This document shows positions 1 to 13,745 of a stretch of 64,000 bases of DNA, in pieces (the stretch's first letter is position 1; every line of letters starts with the position of its first letter). The notes under the pieces were generated by a model, which had not been told where the DNA came from, ran no database searches, and saw only the letters and a list, made by a program, of their open reading frames with translations. The stretch lies in contig NC_043006.1 of NCBI RefSeq assembly GCF_006345805.1, positions 36,704,001 through 36,768,000 of the forward strand, read 5' to 3'. This DNA is from Octopus sinensis (taxonomy: Eukaryota). The position numbers were made by a program, and so were the translations under genes.

Positions 1-1059
1 TTATCACTGATTTATTCATCACTGACCTTGGATAACATAGTATGCTCAATTGTGAACCACATTACACTTACCATGGCTTAATCTGTGGTAACACCAGTTT
101 GGTGATCAACTGAAGATTCTGCTTGTACTGCAAAAGTATGCCCAACTAACCATATATAATGCTCAGCTGCCCAGAATGTACTGACTATTGCTTATGTTTG
201 CATGGCCATGCTGTGAGGTTGTCTATCTTTTTATATGGATTGATGTATTTGTACCTGTTCTGAGAATGCAATGAACTGTGTATATGCATGTTTATGTTGT
301 TTGTGTATATATGTTTATACGAAAATATACATTCTGTTCATGTATGTATTTTTATATGTAACTATTTTGGCTTGCTTTTCATTTACCAAACTGCATCATG
401 TCATTGTAGTTAACTCATTCTCAACTCACTGGCGAAAATTATTATTTGTCTACCATATCTGTCAAAGAAGTTGAATAAAGCCATATTTCCAATACGGCAA
501 TTCTGTTCTCCTTACAGACGCTCGTCAGTCTGAAACTGTCTGTTTTGTACTCTAGTACTGAAATTTCAGTACCCATCAACATGGGACCAATGAACAGAAA
601 AAATACAAAGGCCCCTGATCCTCACAAATGACATAGACAAATGTATTCTGAACAGAAAAAGTTTGAGGTGACCAAGAAAATACAAGATGGTGGAAGCTTC
701 ACTGCTGTGGACTGTGTGCTTGGTGGCAATGAATCTTTCATTCCATTTACAAAGTCTACAAAGATGATTCACTTATCACAGTGTTATTTTGGAACCAAAC
801 TCTCATGATAGACAAGGATAGATGTAGTGATATACATACAGCAGTGTTGTTTAGCATATTTTACTGGTTATTCAAACCTAACCTTCTTCTACATTGTCAC
901 ACTGATCCTCTACGAAGATTATGTTAAGGCTATAAATGTCTGTAGAATACTCAGTCACTGATGCTTATTATTCATATCCACTTACATTATAATTCATTGA
1001 CTAGATTGTTTAGAGATAATCAAACAACTAGGATATTTGCATCAAAAGTGATGGCGGTG

Positions 1060-1260
1060 TAGGTGCAGCTATGTCATAAGAAGTTTGCTTCCCAACCACA
1101 TGGTTCTGCGTTCAGTCCTACTGCATGGCATCTTAGGCTAGTGTCTTCTACTATAGCTCTGGACCAACAAAAGTGAGTAGACTTAACAGAAGCCTATCAC
1201 GTGTGTGTGTGTTGCTGTCTCCTGGCTTTGACATCATGTGATAGTTGTAAATGAGAGCCA
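1060..1260 (+). mobile_element. tRNA-derived SINE (family A), decayed
   Basis: AAGAAGTTTGCTTCCCAACCACATGGTTC...TTCAGTCC...GTGTCTTCTACTATAGC head shared with copies at 2805, 5353, 19555 and 28493. Confidence 0.75.
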
Positions 1261-1544
1261 CTGTCATGAAATCCTCTGTAGCCATGGGGAAATATTAGTT
1301 TGCTTGGAAACAGGCAACCAGCTGTAGATGATCATGATCTTATTCACTTGAACACATTTGTTCAACAGAATAATCCTATCTATTGATTTTTGGCAATGAT
1401 GATCAACCCTGGTTTTATTTATGTTTAAATCAGCCCCTAAGGACAAAGTAAATACATCTGAAAAATTTCATTTAGAAACTTGTTAAACAATGTTTGTATT
1501 TTCAATATGTTTCAATGTGGCAAGATGTTCATCAAAACACACAC

Positions 1545-1660
<116 letters not shown>

Positions 1661-1814
1661 CAAATAAAAAACAGAAGATGGAGTGTATGAGAATTTATTG
1701 TTAATCATGATAATTGTTTCGACACATCTAGCATCGATTTCTTTTGGGTGGGACACTCAACAACTGGGTATCTCTGCTAGTATGTTATATTTGTTTCCCT
1801 TGATTATACGCCAT

Positions 1815-2405
1815 TGAAAAACATGGTCATTAACAAAACTATTAGCAAATAAATTAAAAGCCTTTGAACTTCTGAGAACATCAATGACACAATAGAAAAC
1901 CAAGGATTAAATACCTAGACTATCAACAACAAAATTAGACTCTATGAAAGAGTTAAAAAGTAGTTTACAAAACATTAAAGTACAAATAATAATAGTGATG
2001 TTAAGTAAATATTATTAATATGGAGTCAAGTAAGTAGAAGAGACTATCTAGATTAAAATTAGCCTATAGTAGTGAGCATCAGGAATAAAATTAGCCTATA
2101 GGAAGCCCAACTTCACATATAGGATATAATGTGATCTTCCAAGACATTTTTTTGTAGGTGGGGGGGGGCGATATGCCAACAAATACAGTAATTGGAAATA
2201 TATATTTATAGAGTCTATTATTAGAAGATAAGATGAAGGAGAAAAGTGGAAGGGGAAAATCTAAGAATTATATGGAATGATAATATGAAGAATTGGACTA
2301 ACTTAAAATGCAGTGAATGCATAAAAACAGTATAAGACCAAGATAGCAGTACACAGAGTTCAACCACATGAAAGTAGACAACACTGTATGAGGATGATGA
2401 TGATG
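1815..2405 (+). mobile_element. decayed RTE-clade LINE 3' end
   Basis: relic peptides TWSLTKLLANKLKAFE and LEDKMKEKSGRGKSK..WNDNMKNWT, then a (GAT)n tail. Confidence 0.55.
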
Positions 2406-4169
2406 CTAGCTGTTATACTTTCCTTTTGATAGTACATTGCTAAATTATCCGGTTACAGACTGAACAAGCTGTTCACATCATTCATTTCTCTCTTTGGACA
2501 AGCTACACATTTTACAGTTTAATTCCCTGCATGTAAAGAACCAAGCAATTTCACATTAACAATATAGAGCTCTCTACTCAGCTAGTCTAAAAAATCTGAG
2601 GCATGTTTAAAACTGAAAGAATTACCAAAACAGTAACACATGTTCCGCCAGATTTTCGCAAGAAAAAAGAAGTATTTTCTTTTTGTCAGCAGCACATTTG
2701 GCACTGAAAGAGGAACTGTAACACAATTTACTGTGAACAAACACTAACACATGGTTATGAAGGTTAGTCAGCTGTTATAGATTACCTGCATACATTTTCC
2801 CAAAATGTAATTAAGAAGCCTGTTTCCCAACCATGTGGTATTGGGTTCTGCTCCACTGCACAACACATTAGGCAAGTGTTTTCAAATTTACCCCTGAGTC
2901 AACCAACACTTTGTGGGTGGATTTGGTAAACAGAAACTGAAAAAAGCTTATCACACACATATAGATATATATATATATATATATATATCATCATCATCAT
3001 GTCCCAGAAACCCCTGTGGCAATGAGTCAAGTGTGTTGAACACACTATCATCATAAAAGACAGAAGCTTTTCTCCTTTGACTTACATTACAATGATTGGC
3101 ATATTTCACGTCTTAACCTGCCCAGAAGTATTAAGAACAAATATGCAAATATTCATTCATCATCATTACCATCATCATCTAATTTCCTCTTTCCATGCTG
3201 GTATGGAGTGAACGATTTTACAAGTGTTGGCAAGTAAGAAGCTTGTGCCAAGCTCTACTGTCTGCTTTGGCATGGTTTCTATGGCTAGATATCCTTCCTA
3301 ATTCCAACTAGGGTGCTGGGTGCTTTTTATGTGACACCAGCAACAATGAGGTCACCAAATAATTTAGAAGACCCAACAACGGGAGTGGGGCTGGGGTATC
3401 GAGGAAGGTGGCTTTGTGCCAAATGACATGTTAGAGTATGAGTAAAGGGACAGAAACAGATGTTATGCATTAAGGAAGATACATGGTTATCTCAGTAGGA
3501 GAGAAGATGGTGAACATGTAATGGAGGTACACTCAAGTTACAAGGTGTATATAAGTGGGACCAAGGATTGGATAAGGTGGATAAGTTTGCAAGATTTCAA
3601 AAGGAGAGTGGAAGGTGCATGAGAGGGGTCATTAGTAAGATATGTTGGGGAGGAGGGATCCCCACAAGATTCAATGTGCGTGTGTGTATCCTTGTCTAGA
3701 CATGACAGAATGTTTGTAAATGAACAGCAGACATATATAAGCAAGATTGTTCATTTCCAAGAAAAACAAGTCTGGCTTGAAAACAGGTGAGAATTGGTGA
3801 CAGGAACAGTAGCCAGTTGTAGGAAATCTGCCTCGACAAATTCCATCTGATCCATGCAAGCATGAAAATGTAATGATGATAGCTTGTCTTATACTTCATA
3901 GTTAGTTGTTCCTTTCTAATGAATTGAAATGTTTTGATGTTTCTCAAATTATCTTTCAAAAGCATAAATAAATATCCCCAAGAACATTTTTTATTTTTGC
4001 CTGAATTATGTTTTCAAGATTGTCAGCCTTTAAGGGTTCTGATCTTTTTGGGTTGCAGTGTTTAGTATTAAGGCCTCTGGGACTGTGCCTTACAGGATTA
4101 CTGATCCAAATGAGCCTGTATTAGACTTGTGTTCTATCTAGGATGGCGATAATACTGGTTTCAAATGTT

Positions 4170-4612
4170 GGTACAAGGCCAGCAAGTTCAGAAGCAGGGA
4201 TAAGTCAATTACATCAAAACCAGTGGTCAACTGGTACTTATCTTATTGACCCCAAAAGGGACGAACGGCCAGGTCAACTTTGGTGGAATTTGAACTCAAT
4301 GTAAAGATGGATGAAATGCTGCTGAGCATTTTGCCTGGCATGTTAATGATTCTCCTAGCTTGCCACCTTATAGGATGGAGATAATATTAGTGGTGATAAT
4401 AATTCTTTCTAATTTTGGCAGAGGGCCAGAAATTTTAAGTGGAGGAGACAAGTTGATTACACTGAGGCCCAGAACTTGACTTTATTCACCCCCACCGATA
4501 GGATGAAAGGCAAAGTTAACCCTTGTGCGATTTGAACCCAGAAGGTAAGGAGTTGGAAGAAATGTCGCTAGGCATCTTGTCTGGCATGCTAATGATTCTG
4601 CCAGCTTGTTAG
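4170..4612 (-). mobile_element. two adjacent decayed SINEs (family D)
   Basis: reverse complements of the GGCGGCGAGCTGGCAGAA...TTTGCCTTTCATCC family. Confidence 0.7.
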
Positions 4613-5352
4613 TAATAGTAGCAGCAGCAACATGGGGTGAGGTGTTGTAACAGCATGTTGTGGCATCTACCATTTGTTGGTGATTCCTTACTACTTCTGG
4701 TGGATGACTCCTTTGCCCCACTCAAGTGACAACCCTCCAACCCACCAAGGGTTTGTTGTTGGTCAGAGTGCAAATCCTATCTTAACCTCTTTTAGTCACC
4801 TTTTATGACACAGAGGGTCTATTTTTCAACAGGCCAGTCCCCACACAGCACCTGGAGTGGTGGTAACAATATTAGTGATGGTAGTGTTGGTACTAGTGAG
4901 CTGGTGCTGATTAAAATATATCCTTTAAAATTTTACTGATAAATAGAATAGAAACTGAAAGCTCATGAAGAATCACCATCACCCCTACCCCACCCCACCC
5001 CTTTATTTTTGAAACAAGTTTTTGATATCACTGCTTAATATTAGGATGGGACAGCAAATAAATTCCCTCAACTTCTGAGACGAAGTGTAGAGTGCATATA
5101 TTAAGCTTTTATCTCTATCCTCTGCATCCCAAATCACCTACACCCATCAGGACCAGTGACTTTGTGGCTTCTCTTTATTTCTATCCCTAATTGTAGCAGT
5201 CTCACTTCATTTCCTTTTGTTCACTTTACTATTTGTTGTTTCATGCCTGCAGGTGAGGAAAGGTGTGTCTCACATTCAAAAGAGCAGAAAGTAAAACAGT
5301 AGTGATTAAAGCTGTTTCATTTGTACGGAGATTATATTGGATAATAAAAAAA

Positions 5353-5710
5353 AGGTATGGCTGTATGGTTAAGAAGCTTGCTTTGCAACCATCTGGTTTC
5401 AAATTCAATCCCACTGTACAAAACCTTGGGCAAGTGTCTTCTACTGCAGCCTTGTGAGTAAATTTGATAACATAAACCAAGTGGAAGCTCATCATATGTG
5501 TGTGTGTTCTTTGTTCCCATCACTGCTTGATATGTGGCATTGGTTTGTTTATGTTCCCATAACTTAGCTGTTCAGCAAAAGAAACCGATAAGTACTAACT
5601 TTAAAAAAATAAGTACTGGGGGATGGGGTCGATTTATTCAACTAAACCTTTAAGGCAGTGCCCCAGCATGGTCATCGACTGATGGCTGAAACAAGCAAAA
5701 GAGAAAAGAA
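5353..5710 (+). mobile_element. tRNA-derived SINE (family A), near full length
   Basis: head, (TG)n spacer and tail GGTGCCCCAGCATGG...GAAACAAG. Confidence 0.8.
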
Positions 5711-6376
5711 ATGGTATGTGATTAACTTATGCCTGCATGGAAAAACCATGTAAAACAATGCTGATGTCACTGACAATTGCACCAACACACATCGGCACCC
5801 ATCACCAGACAGTAAAAATAAATTAAATGAACTAAAAAGCAGCAGTATGAAAGAAAACCTTTTTTAGATATTGATTATGTTTCTAAGGAAGTAAAAAGAA
5901 AAACACACAGACAGACAGACAGTCAATTACTCAAATTTCCTTCATTGTTGATTCAGCATGTTTTTTTTTAATATAAATTTCTTTTCATGAGGGGGAGGTT
6001 TTTTTTTTTTTTTAATATAAAATTTCTTGTGGTGGGCAGAAATCTATTTTTAATTTATGAATACACATCATTCCTTTTATTTGTTTAACATCTATTTTTC
6101 CAAGCTAGCACGGTTTAGATAAATGAAGATATTACTAAATCATTGCCACTCCTGTCACAAACTCTTAATAGCTATTTTTCAGGTAAGGAATATTTCATTC
6201 TGTCTGATGAATACAAGGCCAGCAGATGACCCATAGAATACATGACAGCAAAATCACTTACTCAAATGGTTTTCCAAGAAGCACTATCAACAAACATATA
6301 TATATACACACACACACATATATTTATTATTACAAGTCACTTCCATCACAGTCCTTTAATTTTACTTACAAATACC

Positions 6377-7172
6377 TAGGGGATTGCCAAAGGGGATTCG
6401 AGGCACCCTCTAGGGGTCGGTGAGCAATTAAAGTGGACTGATGATAACCAAGGGTTCGAATGGGGGTCAGCGTGTGAAAGACCAGCTCACCCAGATGAAC
6501 TGCTTGAAATACTTAGTCAGTGCCATGAAACATGGGAAAACATAATAAATTTTCACTGCAGCGAGAAGTCTGCTGTTGCTAACATTCAAGGCCTGATATC
6601 ATAATCTGTATCGTAATCAAAGATTGAGAGGTGTGACAGAGGATGTGAACTGTCAAGTTTATAGAAATTGCCTGAACCTGGAGAAACGAGGTGATTTGAG
6701 AGTGAAATTGACCAATATTCAGCTTGATAGCAATGCCTTGATTCAGGATCACCATGCTCATACCTCACATTGATGTTGCCAATTTCAATAAAAGATATTC
6801 CAGCAATATGATGCATTTTTCACATTTTCTAACCGTGAAAACAATTTCATAAAAATTGAAAGTTTAATACTGTGTACTCATACATGTAATTTTAAAAGTA
6901 AAATGAGTCATCTTCCATAGAATTTCTTAATTTGTTGTACATGTATATTTTAGCTAACATTTTAATTGCCAGCATCGGTACCTGGTACGCATTTAAGATA
7001 TGGTGCGGCAGGGTAAGGTATTAAGGTATTTTAAATGGGGAGGGTAGTCGAGGCAGAAGGGAAAGTGGCTAAAGGGGGTCGATGTAGGAGGAGAAGTGGC
7101 TAATGGGGAGGTCAATGTGGAAAAAGAAGTTGCTACTGGGGGTCAATTGTTGAAAATGTTTGGCAACCCCTG
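6377..7172 (+). mobile_element. internally deleted hAT (Buster/Charlie-like) transposon
   Basis: imperfect TIRs TAGGGGATTGCCAAA / TTTGGCAACCCCTG; 6660-6773 encodes YRNCLNLEKRGDLRVKLTNIQLDSNALIQDHHAHTSH*, resembling a Buster-type transposase C-terminus. Confidence 0.75.
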
Positions 7173-8199
7173 GCCTAGATGAAAGGTATATACCAAAATT
7201 TCAGAAACATCTTTTTGTTTCTAGAAAAAAATCTACATACAAATAAGGCAAATGGATGGCAAAATCAGTAGAGCATCAACAGAATAATGTGTTTATGTTC
7301 TTTACTTTCTTTATGAGTTGGAATCCTGCCAAAGTTGTCTTCAACTTTCATCTTCCCATGATCAATAAAATAAATACTTGAATTTTGTAATCTACTATAC
7401 TTGTAGAAGTGATACCCCAATCTGTAGCCTGGTACATTAGTCTGGCTATAAATTGAAGTACTACATTCTTAAATCAGTAAACAGAATAATAGAACAATTT
7501 TTTTTTCTATATATATAAAAGTCTAAGCTTCTATATTTATTTCTTGATTCTGTTATGTTGCTGAAATGTCATACACACATATATGCATACATACAAGTGA
7601 TATGAAACAAATCTGGTGATAAAGTAAAACTGTCAAATTTTTTTCCACTATCATATTTTAGAAGCGGTTATTTGATTGAAAATAGACAATGGCTTACAGT
7701 CACAATTGTAATTATTAAGATAGATTTTGATATTAAGATACACAGAGAGATAGCCACACTTTGACTGCTACTTCCTCTCTTTCTCTCTAAAACTTTAAAT
7801 TCTAAAATCAACTTTGGTCTATCTTTATTTCCCGATATAAACTAAAATCACTGTCTGTCCATCACTTTCACACACCTCCATGTTTATTCCATACTAAAAA
7901 TAAGCCCTGCTATTTTCTGCAGGTACTACACTAGTAATAAAATATACTTCTAAACACAAAATAATGGCACAAGTAAGCTAAACCTGTTGATGTTGTTGTT
8001 TAAGCAGATTAACCTAGACTAGACAAGCCTATGTTGAAAAGTATCCCACTCATGGCCACTGCAATATATTAAACCTCTGCATGTCCTGTATATCACATAC
8101 AATACACAGGACATGTTTCCTTGGTGTCCAGCCATCATGTATATTTATATGGGAGTCTATTGTAATCCAAGTAGGATAGTTGTGCAATTTCTGGCTGAA

Positions 8200-8432
8200 C
8201 AACCTGTACAGAGAGATTTGTTTACAGTGGCCATATGCTGGTGCTGCCTCCTTCCATCAAATCAACATTGCCTGTTTAGGTGCACAGTGTACCACATGTC
8301 AGGTGTCAAAGGGATTAAAGAGCAACACAAGATGAAGAATTTAGCTCAAGAACACAATGCACCACCCGGTCCAGGAACTGAAACCACAATCATGAGATCG
8401 TGAGTGCAACACTAACCACTAGGCCATGCACA
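8200..8432 (-). mobile_element. tRNA-derived SINE (family B), decayed
   Basis: matches the head of copies at 45506 and 49955 (GTGTTCTTGAGC..A motif). Confidence 0.65.
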
Positions 8433-8449
8433 CTCCCATGCATCATATA

Positions 8450-9311
8450 CAGGGTGTGTTGAATATATTGTCGTCTAAATTACGCAAAAATGAAAACAAC
8501 ACTGACATCTCATTTTAACAGATATATTTACCAAAATTACATTAAAATATTTTGAAATATCAAAGAGTAAATTTATTTAATAAAATCGCCATTGGCTTCA
8601 TCCACGGGCCCCCAGACAACTTTGAAATCTACAACTCTTCTGGATGGTCTCCTTGCTTAAATTGGCAAATACTGCCATAATCCTTGCCTTCAGTTCATCT
8701 TTGGTATTACAGAGAGTTTTGTTGAGCCCTCGCTCAACTGCACCTCACACATAATAATCAAGGGGGTTGCAATCTGGGGAGTTAGGTGGCCAGATGTTAG
8801 GGATGATATGGTTACAGAAATAGACTCACAGCCATAACTGGGTTCTCATGCTTGTGTGGCATGGTGCAAAGTCCTGTTGCCAGACATAGGGTCTTCCAGC
8901 AACCACCTTCTTGGCCCAGGTTGCACTACCTCCTCCAGGCACTTGATGTAGGCCTCCATGTTGAGTCTGAGAGGCCATGTGGGAAGGTGAATGGAGATAT
9001 AACATGGTCATCACTCCAAGCACCAAGATGTTGATTGGATGTTTGATTTTTATCACTCTCGGTATATGTCCTCAGACTGACACCCAACCACTCTGAAATG
9101 TTCATATTGGAGCTTCTGGTGCTAATGCCAAGAAGTACAGCATGTTGTTTCCAAATTTCTGGTCGAGTGAATTGTGTCATTGTGCTGGTTTTCTCACAGA
9201 CGGTGCCCAACTGACCCGGCAATACTGTGTAGTCGACAAAATGAAAAACAAAAACTGCGCATGCACAAAATTAAAAATATAAAATGACGACAATTTACTC
9301 ATCTCACCCTG
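8450..9311 (-). mobile_element. deleted Tc1/mariner-superfamily transposon (maT/DD37D-like)
   Basis: TIRs CAGGGTG.../...CACCCTG; minus-strand relic motifs WQQDFAPCHTS and WPPNSPDCNPLDYYV. Confidence 0.85.
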
Positions 9312-10939
9312 AATATGATGCACATTGCCAATATTTTTTCAATCACCAGAGTAACTATGGTCTTAGGACATCCTTATATTACTCAGAATGTATGAAACAA
9401 TGACTAACTAAAAGTCTGAAAACAAATTTGAGTGCTCAGGACAAACATAATGGAAATACTCTGGACAGGCAAAAGGTTAAGAAATTCTAAGATTGGATCT
9501 TTTCTGTTATTGCTACAGTTTTCTAGCTTTTTAAAATGTTGTTTCAATTATTTTCAAATTTTATATATTGATGTAGTTCTGTTGGATAATTATGACAAAG
9601 TAATAAAAAGTTAGTAGGTTTTGAAGTTTGCAAATTTTGGGTAATTCTAGCCAATTGAAAAACCCAGACACTGGTGCCTGTTTCCATGGTAATAAGCAAA
9701 GCTGTTGCTTGCTTAAAACTACCACCACATGTATTTTCTTTGATGAGTGTTTAGAGATGTATGGTCATCATTCTATTAATAGTTTTCTCTGTTCTAAGTG
9801 TTAATGGGGATGCAAGGTTAGAAATAACGAAGGAGTCATTCTTAAACTTCACAAATAATTTAATTATAGATAACAGATACGAGTTCATCAAGAATATGTT
9901 TCGAGTGAAGCTGCATAGAAATGTGAAAAGTTACAATATTTTACCTAATCGCGTTCTGCATGAAAGAAAAGCAATGGAAAGTGTACAAAGAAAATTAGTA
10001 CCGCAAATATATAAATTATCTTAAATTAGGGGTAGCGAGCACATAAAAAAAGGAGCCGTGACACATACCAAACAATTTTTAACCCATTTCACATACTATT
10101 TCATTAGTTATAATATACGTAATTGTATTCTACATTCATTAATTTCATGTTTCAGTAATAAGCTCATTATGTATGTTAGTGAGGCAAGAGAAATCTGTAC
10201 ATGTATAGCATAAAGGGCTTGAGGTGCACAGTCGCTGCTGGAGGCCATCTTCTTAGCTTAGGCCGCATATAGATAAATATAGTTGCTCTCCATAACAAGG
10301 ATGTGAACTGGTCGGATTCGACGTAGCAAAGAGAGAAAGAACGAATCTCTCTGTCGAACATTCTAGAATGTTTATCAAGAGAGGTCACGAGTATCGAATG
10401 CCCTAGCTTCCGGAGAACCGTAAATAGAACAATGACAGAATCTGTTTCAATTTACGTCATGCCTACAAGTGCTTATTTTCTGAACTTTCGTTTTTGAATT
10501 GCCGTTACAAAAATTATTGCTTACAGAACTAAACTATTACCACACTATAACATAGTTCTTTTTTCTTTTCGGAATTTTTTACAAAAAAATATTAAGGATT
10601 TTCCTTTTAAAATTTTTTACATGCTTATTCAATCGTTTTAGCCCTAATCTTAACTGCATCCTAACCCTAATCTCCAACATTAATCCTAAACCCTAACGTA
10701 TTGATTGCTTATTTTGTAATTTTTCGCAAAAGAAATTCCTTTGTAAATTATTTACGAGCCTGTTCGACCGTTTCACATGACTTTATTCATTAAAACCTAT
10801 TAAAATTTCAAAACTTCTTACGACTTCCGTCGTTGTAATATGTCTTTCTTTCATTTTGTTTAAAAATAATTCATCGTCGTATTGTTTTAGCTTTCATTCA
10901 GTGATAGACAGCTATCACGCTTTCAAATACTGTTTTCTG

Positions 10940-11155
10940 ATTGTGTAAAAATTATCAAACTTTTTTCTGAAATAAGTGAAATAACCCTTTCTACTATAGG
11001 CACAAGGTCTGAAATTTTGGGGGAGGGTAAGGCGATTACATCGACCCCAGTGCTCACCTGGTACTGATTTTATCGGTCCCGAGAGGATGAAAGGCGATGT
11101 CAATCTCAGAGCGAGAAGGCGGACGAAATACCGCTTAGTATTTCGCTCGGCGTGC
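10940..11155 (-). mobile_element. SINE family D
   Basis: reverse complement of the TTTCATCC..GGGACCGATAAAATCAGTACCAG core. Confidence 0.7.
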
Positions 11156-12644
11156 GAAACAAATTAGCAATATAATCAGATTCAGCATGAAAAATTGCAT
11201 CAATTTACCAATTTGTAAAATTTACACCTAATTTTTAAAATTTCAAAATCACCAACAGAAAAGACTCCCTAGGATTACGTTACGCAATATTTATGACGTT
11301 AAGATATTGTGTCAGGTTGATTGATTATGTAGAGACTCCCTCGATGGCTTATCTATTTTCTTTTTCAAATACGACGCCGATCTACGCAAATTTATGAATT
11401 ACTATCTAAATTAGCCAGGGGATTTAGGTTTTAAACGCCAGGATAACATTTCGGTAAAACACTTTTTTTTGTCTGGAAAACGGGGATTGGGGTGGGGTGA
11501 AACGCTCGGAGATGTCACCACCACCAACATTTTACAGAAATAAGTTTTTGAGAATGTGGATATTCTCGAAAAGGGTTTGCGGCACATTAGGAGATCAGGG
11601 GACATGATTCCACGCAAATAATCCGATTCTTTTTTTTCTCTCTCTCTCTCTCTTAGAGAAACGCGTGCGGGTACACCAAAAATGAACCAAAATAAGTAAG
11701 GCTGTGCGTACACACACACACACATATATATATATAATATAGATACTTGAAGAAATCAAAGAAAATAACTAAAATTATTCCTTATTAGAATAATTATAAT
11801 AAACGAACGAGCAAAGGATTGTAGACATGGTTACTCGAGCAACTAGAAATAACACCTATATCTCCCTTGCCTTAAAACAGAAACGGGAGCACCTATGATA
11901 TGTGTATGTAGTCCAAAATACATAAAAGAGGTGGTCACGACTGGAACATCTTTGATATTAAGCATGCAATTTGAGGGCTCACCAAACACTGATATAATAA
12001 TACTAATAATAGTAATTTTCAATTAATCATTATTCTTATTCAAATTCTACACAAACAGTACCAACCATGATAAATCATTGATTGTTGCCAAAGATTTTAC
12101 GTCGTACAAATTCCGTTCTTTTTTAAGACATTAAAGACATCCGCCATTATTGTATCTATGTTCTATTCCTCCAATTTTATTTGTAATATTATATACTAGT
12201 TGGTTCTAAGAGAGGAAGAGAAAACGGCTGCATTAAATTGCTCTTCTTAAAATTGTGTGTGGTTAAAATAGACTTAATTTTAAGATTATACATATTTTCT
12301 GACAGTCACTAAATAAAACAAAATTATATTGTGGATTGTGGAGAAGTCGTCGTAGCCATTTTCAATAGGATATATACCGATATTTTTACTTAATCTTGTA
12401 GTATATATAAGATAGATAGACATTAAATATGCACATATACATTGTATACATATACTATAAAGTGTCATACACATACTATAAAGTGAAGTTTCGTCATAAT
12501 GAGACTGCGAACAATAATTATTACAAAATAAAGCAAGAGGTGAAGATAATGGGATGTATTTGAGTTTTAAATAACCGTGATGTCTATTCGGTACTTGTCT
12601 TTTCTTTGATGTAATTGTTATCAAACCAGTATAACCCCGAAACT

Positions 12645-12738
12645 GGCGAAGGTAAAGAATACGTACACCACCCGTTTTCGGCGTTTAGGTTTAGAGTCAC
12701 GCCGAAAACGGGTGGTATGCGTATTCTTTACCTCCGCC
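12645..12738. repeat. miniature hairpin element (40-bp arms, 14-nt loop)
   Basis: GGCGAAGGTAAAGAATACGTACACCACCCGTTTTCGGCGT and its near-perfect reverse complement; related copy at 13488-13579. Confidence 0.85.
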
Positions 12739-13487
12739 CCCGAAACCTACCCTCAATTATTATTTTTTTTCTTAAGTTAACCCTTTGTCTGTCCCGTGTC
12801 TCACATATGATGAACAGGACATATTTCCCTGGCATCCATTCATCATGTATGACACACATTCTCAATTTGTGTCAACCACCGGAATAACTTGGGACTTAAG
12901 AGCTAACTAAATGTCTGTAAACAAATATGGACATTTGTTATGAAAAATGTTCTGATGAATTGTTTAAAATAATTAAGACAGATTGCAAAAGTATTATTTC
13001 TTTTAAAATCTGAAATGGCTAAAGGACATCTTGGAATTAGACAGAAATGTGGTTCGTTTAAACTTTGTCTTTTATGTCCATGACCAATATATTTGAAGTG
13101 GCTGAGACAATTGAATGCCAAACAAAATCCATATCAGTGTATAGTTTTTGCTCCTCTCCAATCTGAGTTCAAGACCTGCCGTTGTTGTTTAACCCCCTAG
13201 CCACCCTTCATCAAGCAATGATCTAGTGTTCCAGTCATAAACATACCGGTATTTATATATTTAAGGAGTATCCATCGTATTTTTAAAGAGAATAGGATGT
13301 GATTAGAGGGAGATTTGAGCATCCAGCTTCAACAGGTCAAACGACAATGTACAGATCCTCCTTCATCGAGTCGTTTTCGAATTGGCTTCATTGCCCTACG
13401 GAGACGATATAAGTTGAACGTCAATGTTTTCTTTAAAATCTCCTGCTGCCTTAAAGTAAGATATATATATATACATACACATGTATA

Positions 13488-13579
13488 GGCGAAAGTAAAG
13501 AATACGTACAACCGGGGGTGAGGGTAAGGGTTTTTGTTACGCCGAAAATGAGTGGTGCACGTATTCTTTACCCTCCGCC
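13488..13579. repeat. second copy of miniature hairpin element
   Basis: same GGCG..GTAAAGAATACG / CGTATTCTTTAC..CGCC termini. Confidence 0.75.
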
Positions 13580-13708
13580 CGTGTGTGTGTGAATATATAT
13601 ATTTATATATATATACACGCACGAGTATGTATATATATATATATATGCATGTGTATGTATTTATACATGTATATTCACTACATATATGTATATACATACG
13701 TGTGTATA

Positions 13709-13745
<37 letters not shown>

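Noticed and set aside
515-545. CTGACGA (minus) and GAAACTGTC (plus) near each other
   Set aside because: The two core halves are on opposite strands, and no consistent three-stem fold was found.
5245-6190. AG|GT recursive-splice-like motifs at about 5251 and about 6182
   Set aside because: The second appears to lie in a common repeat; neither has supporting exon context.
9761-10024. 87-aa ORF with a signal-peptide-like start
   Set aside because: No family similarity; AT-rich and runs into a repeat; possibly decayed LINE sequence.
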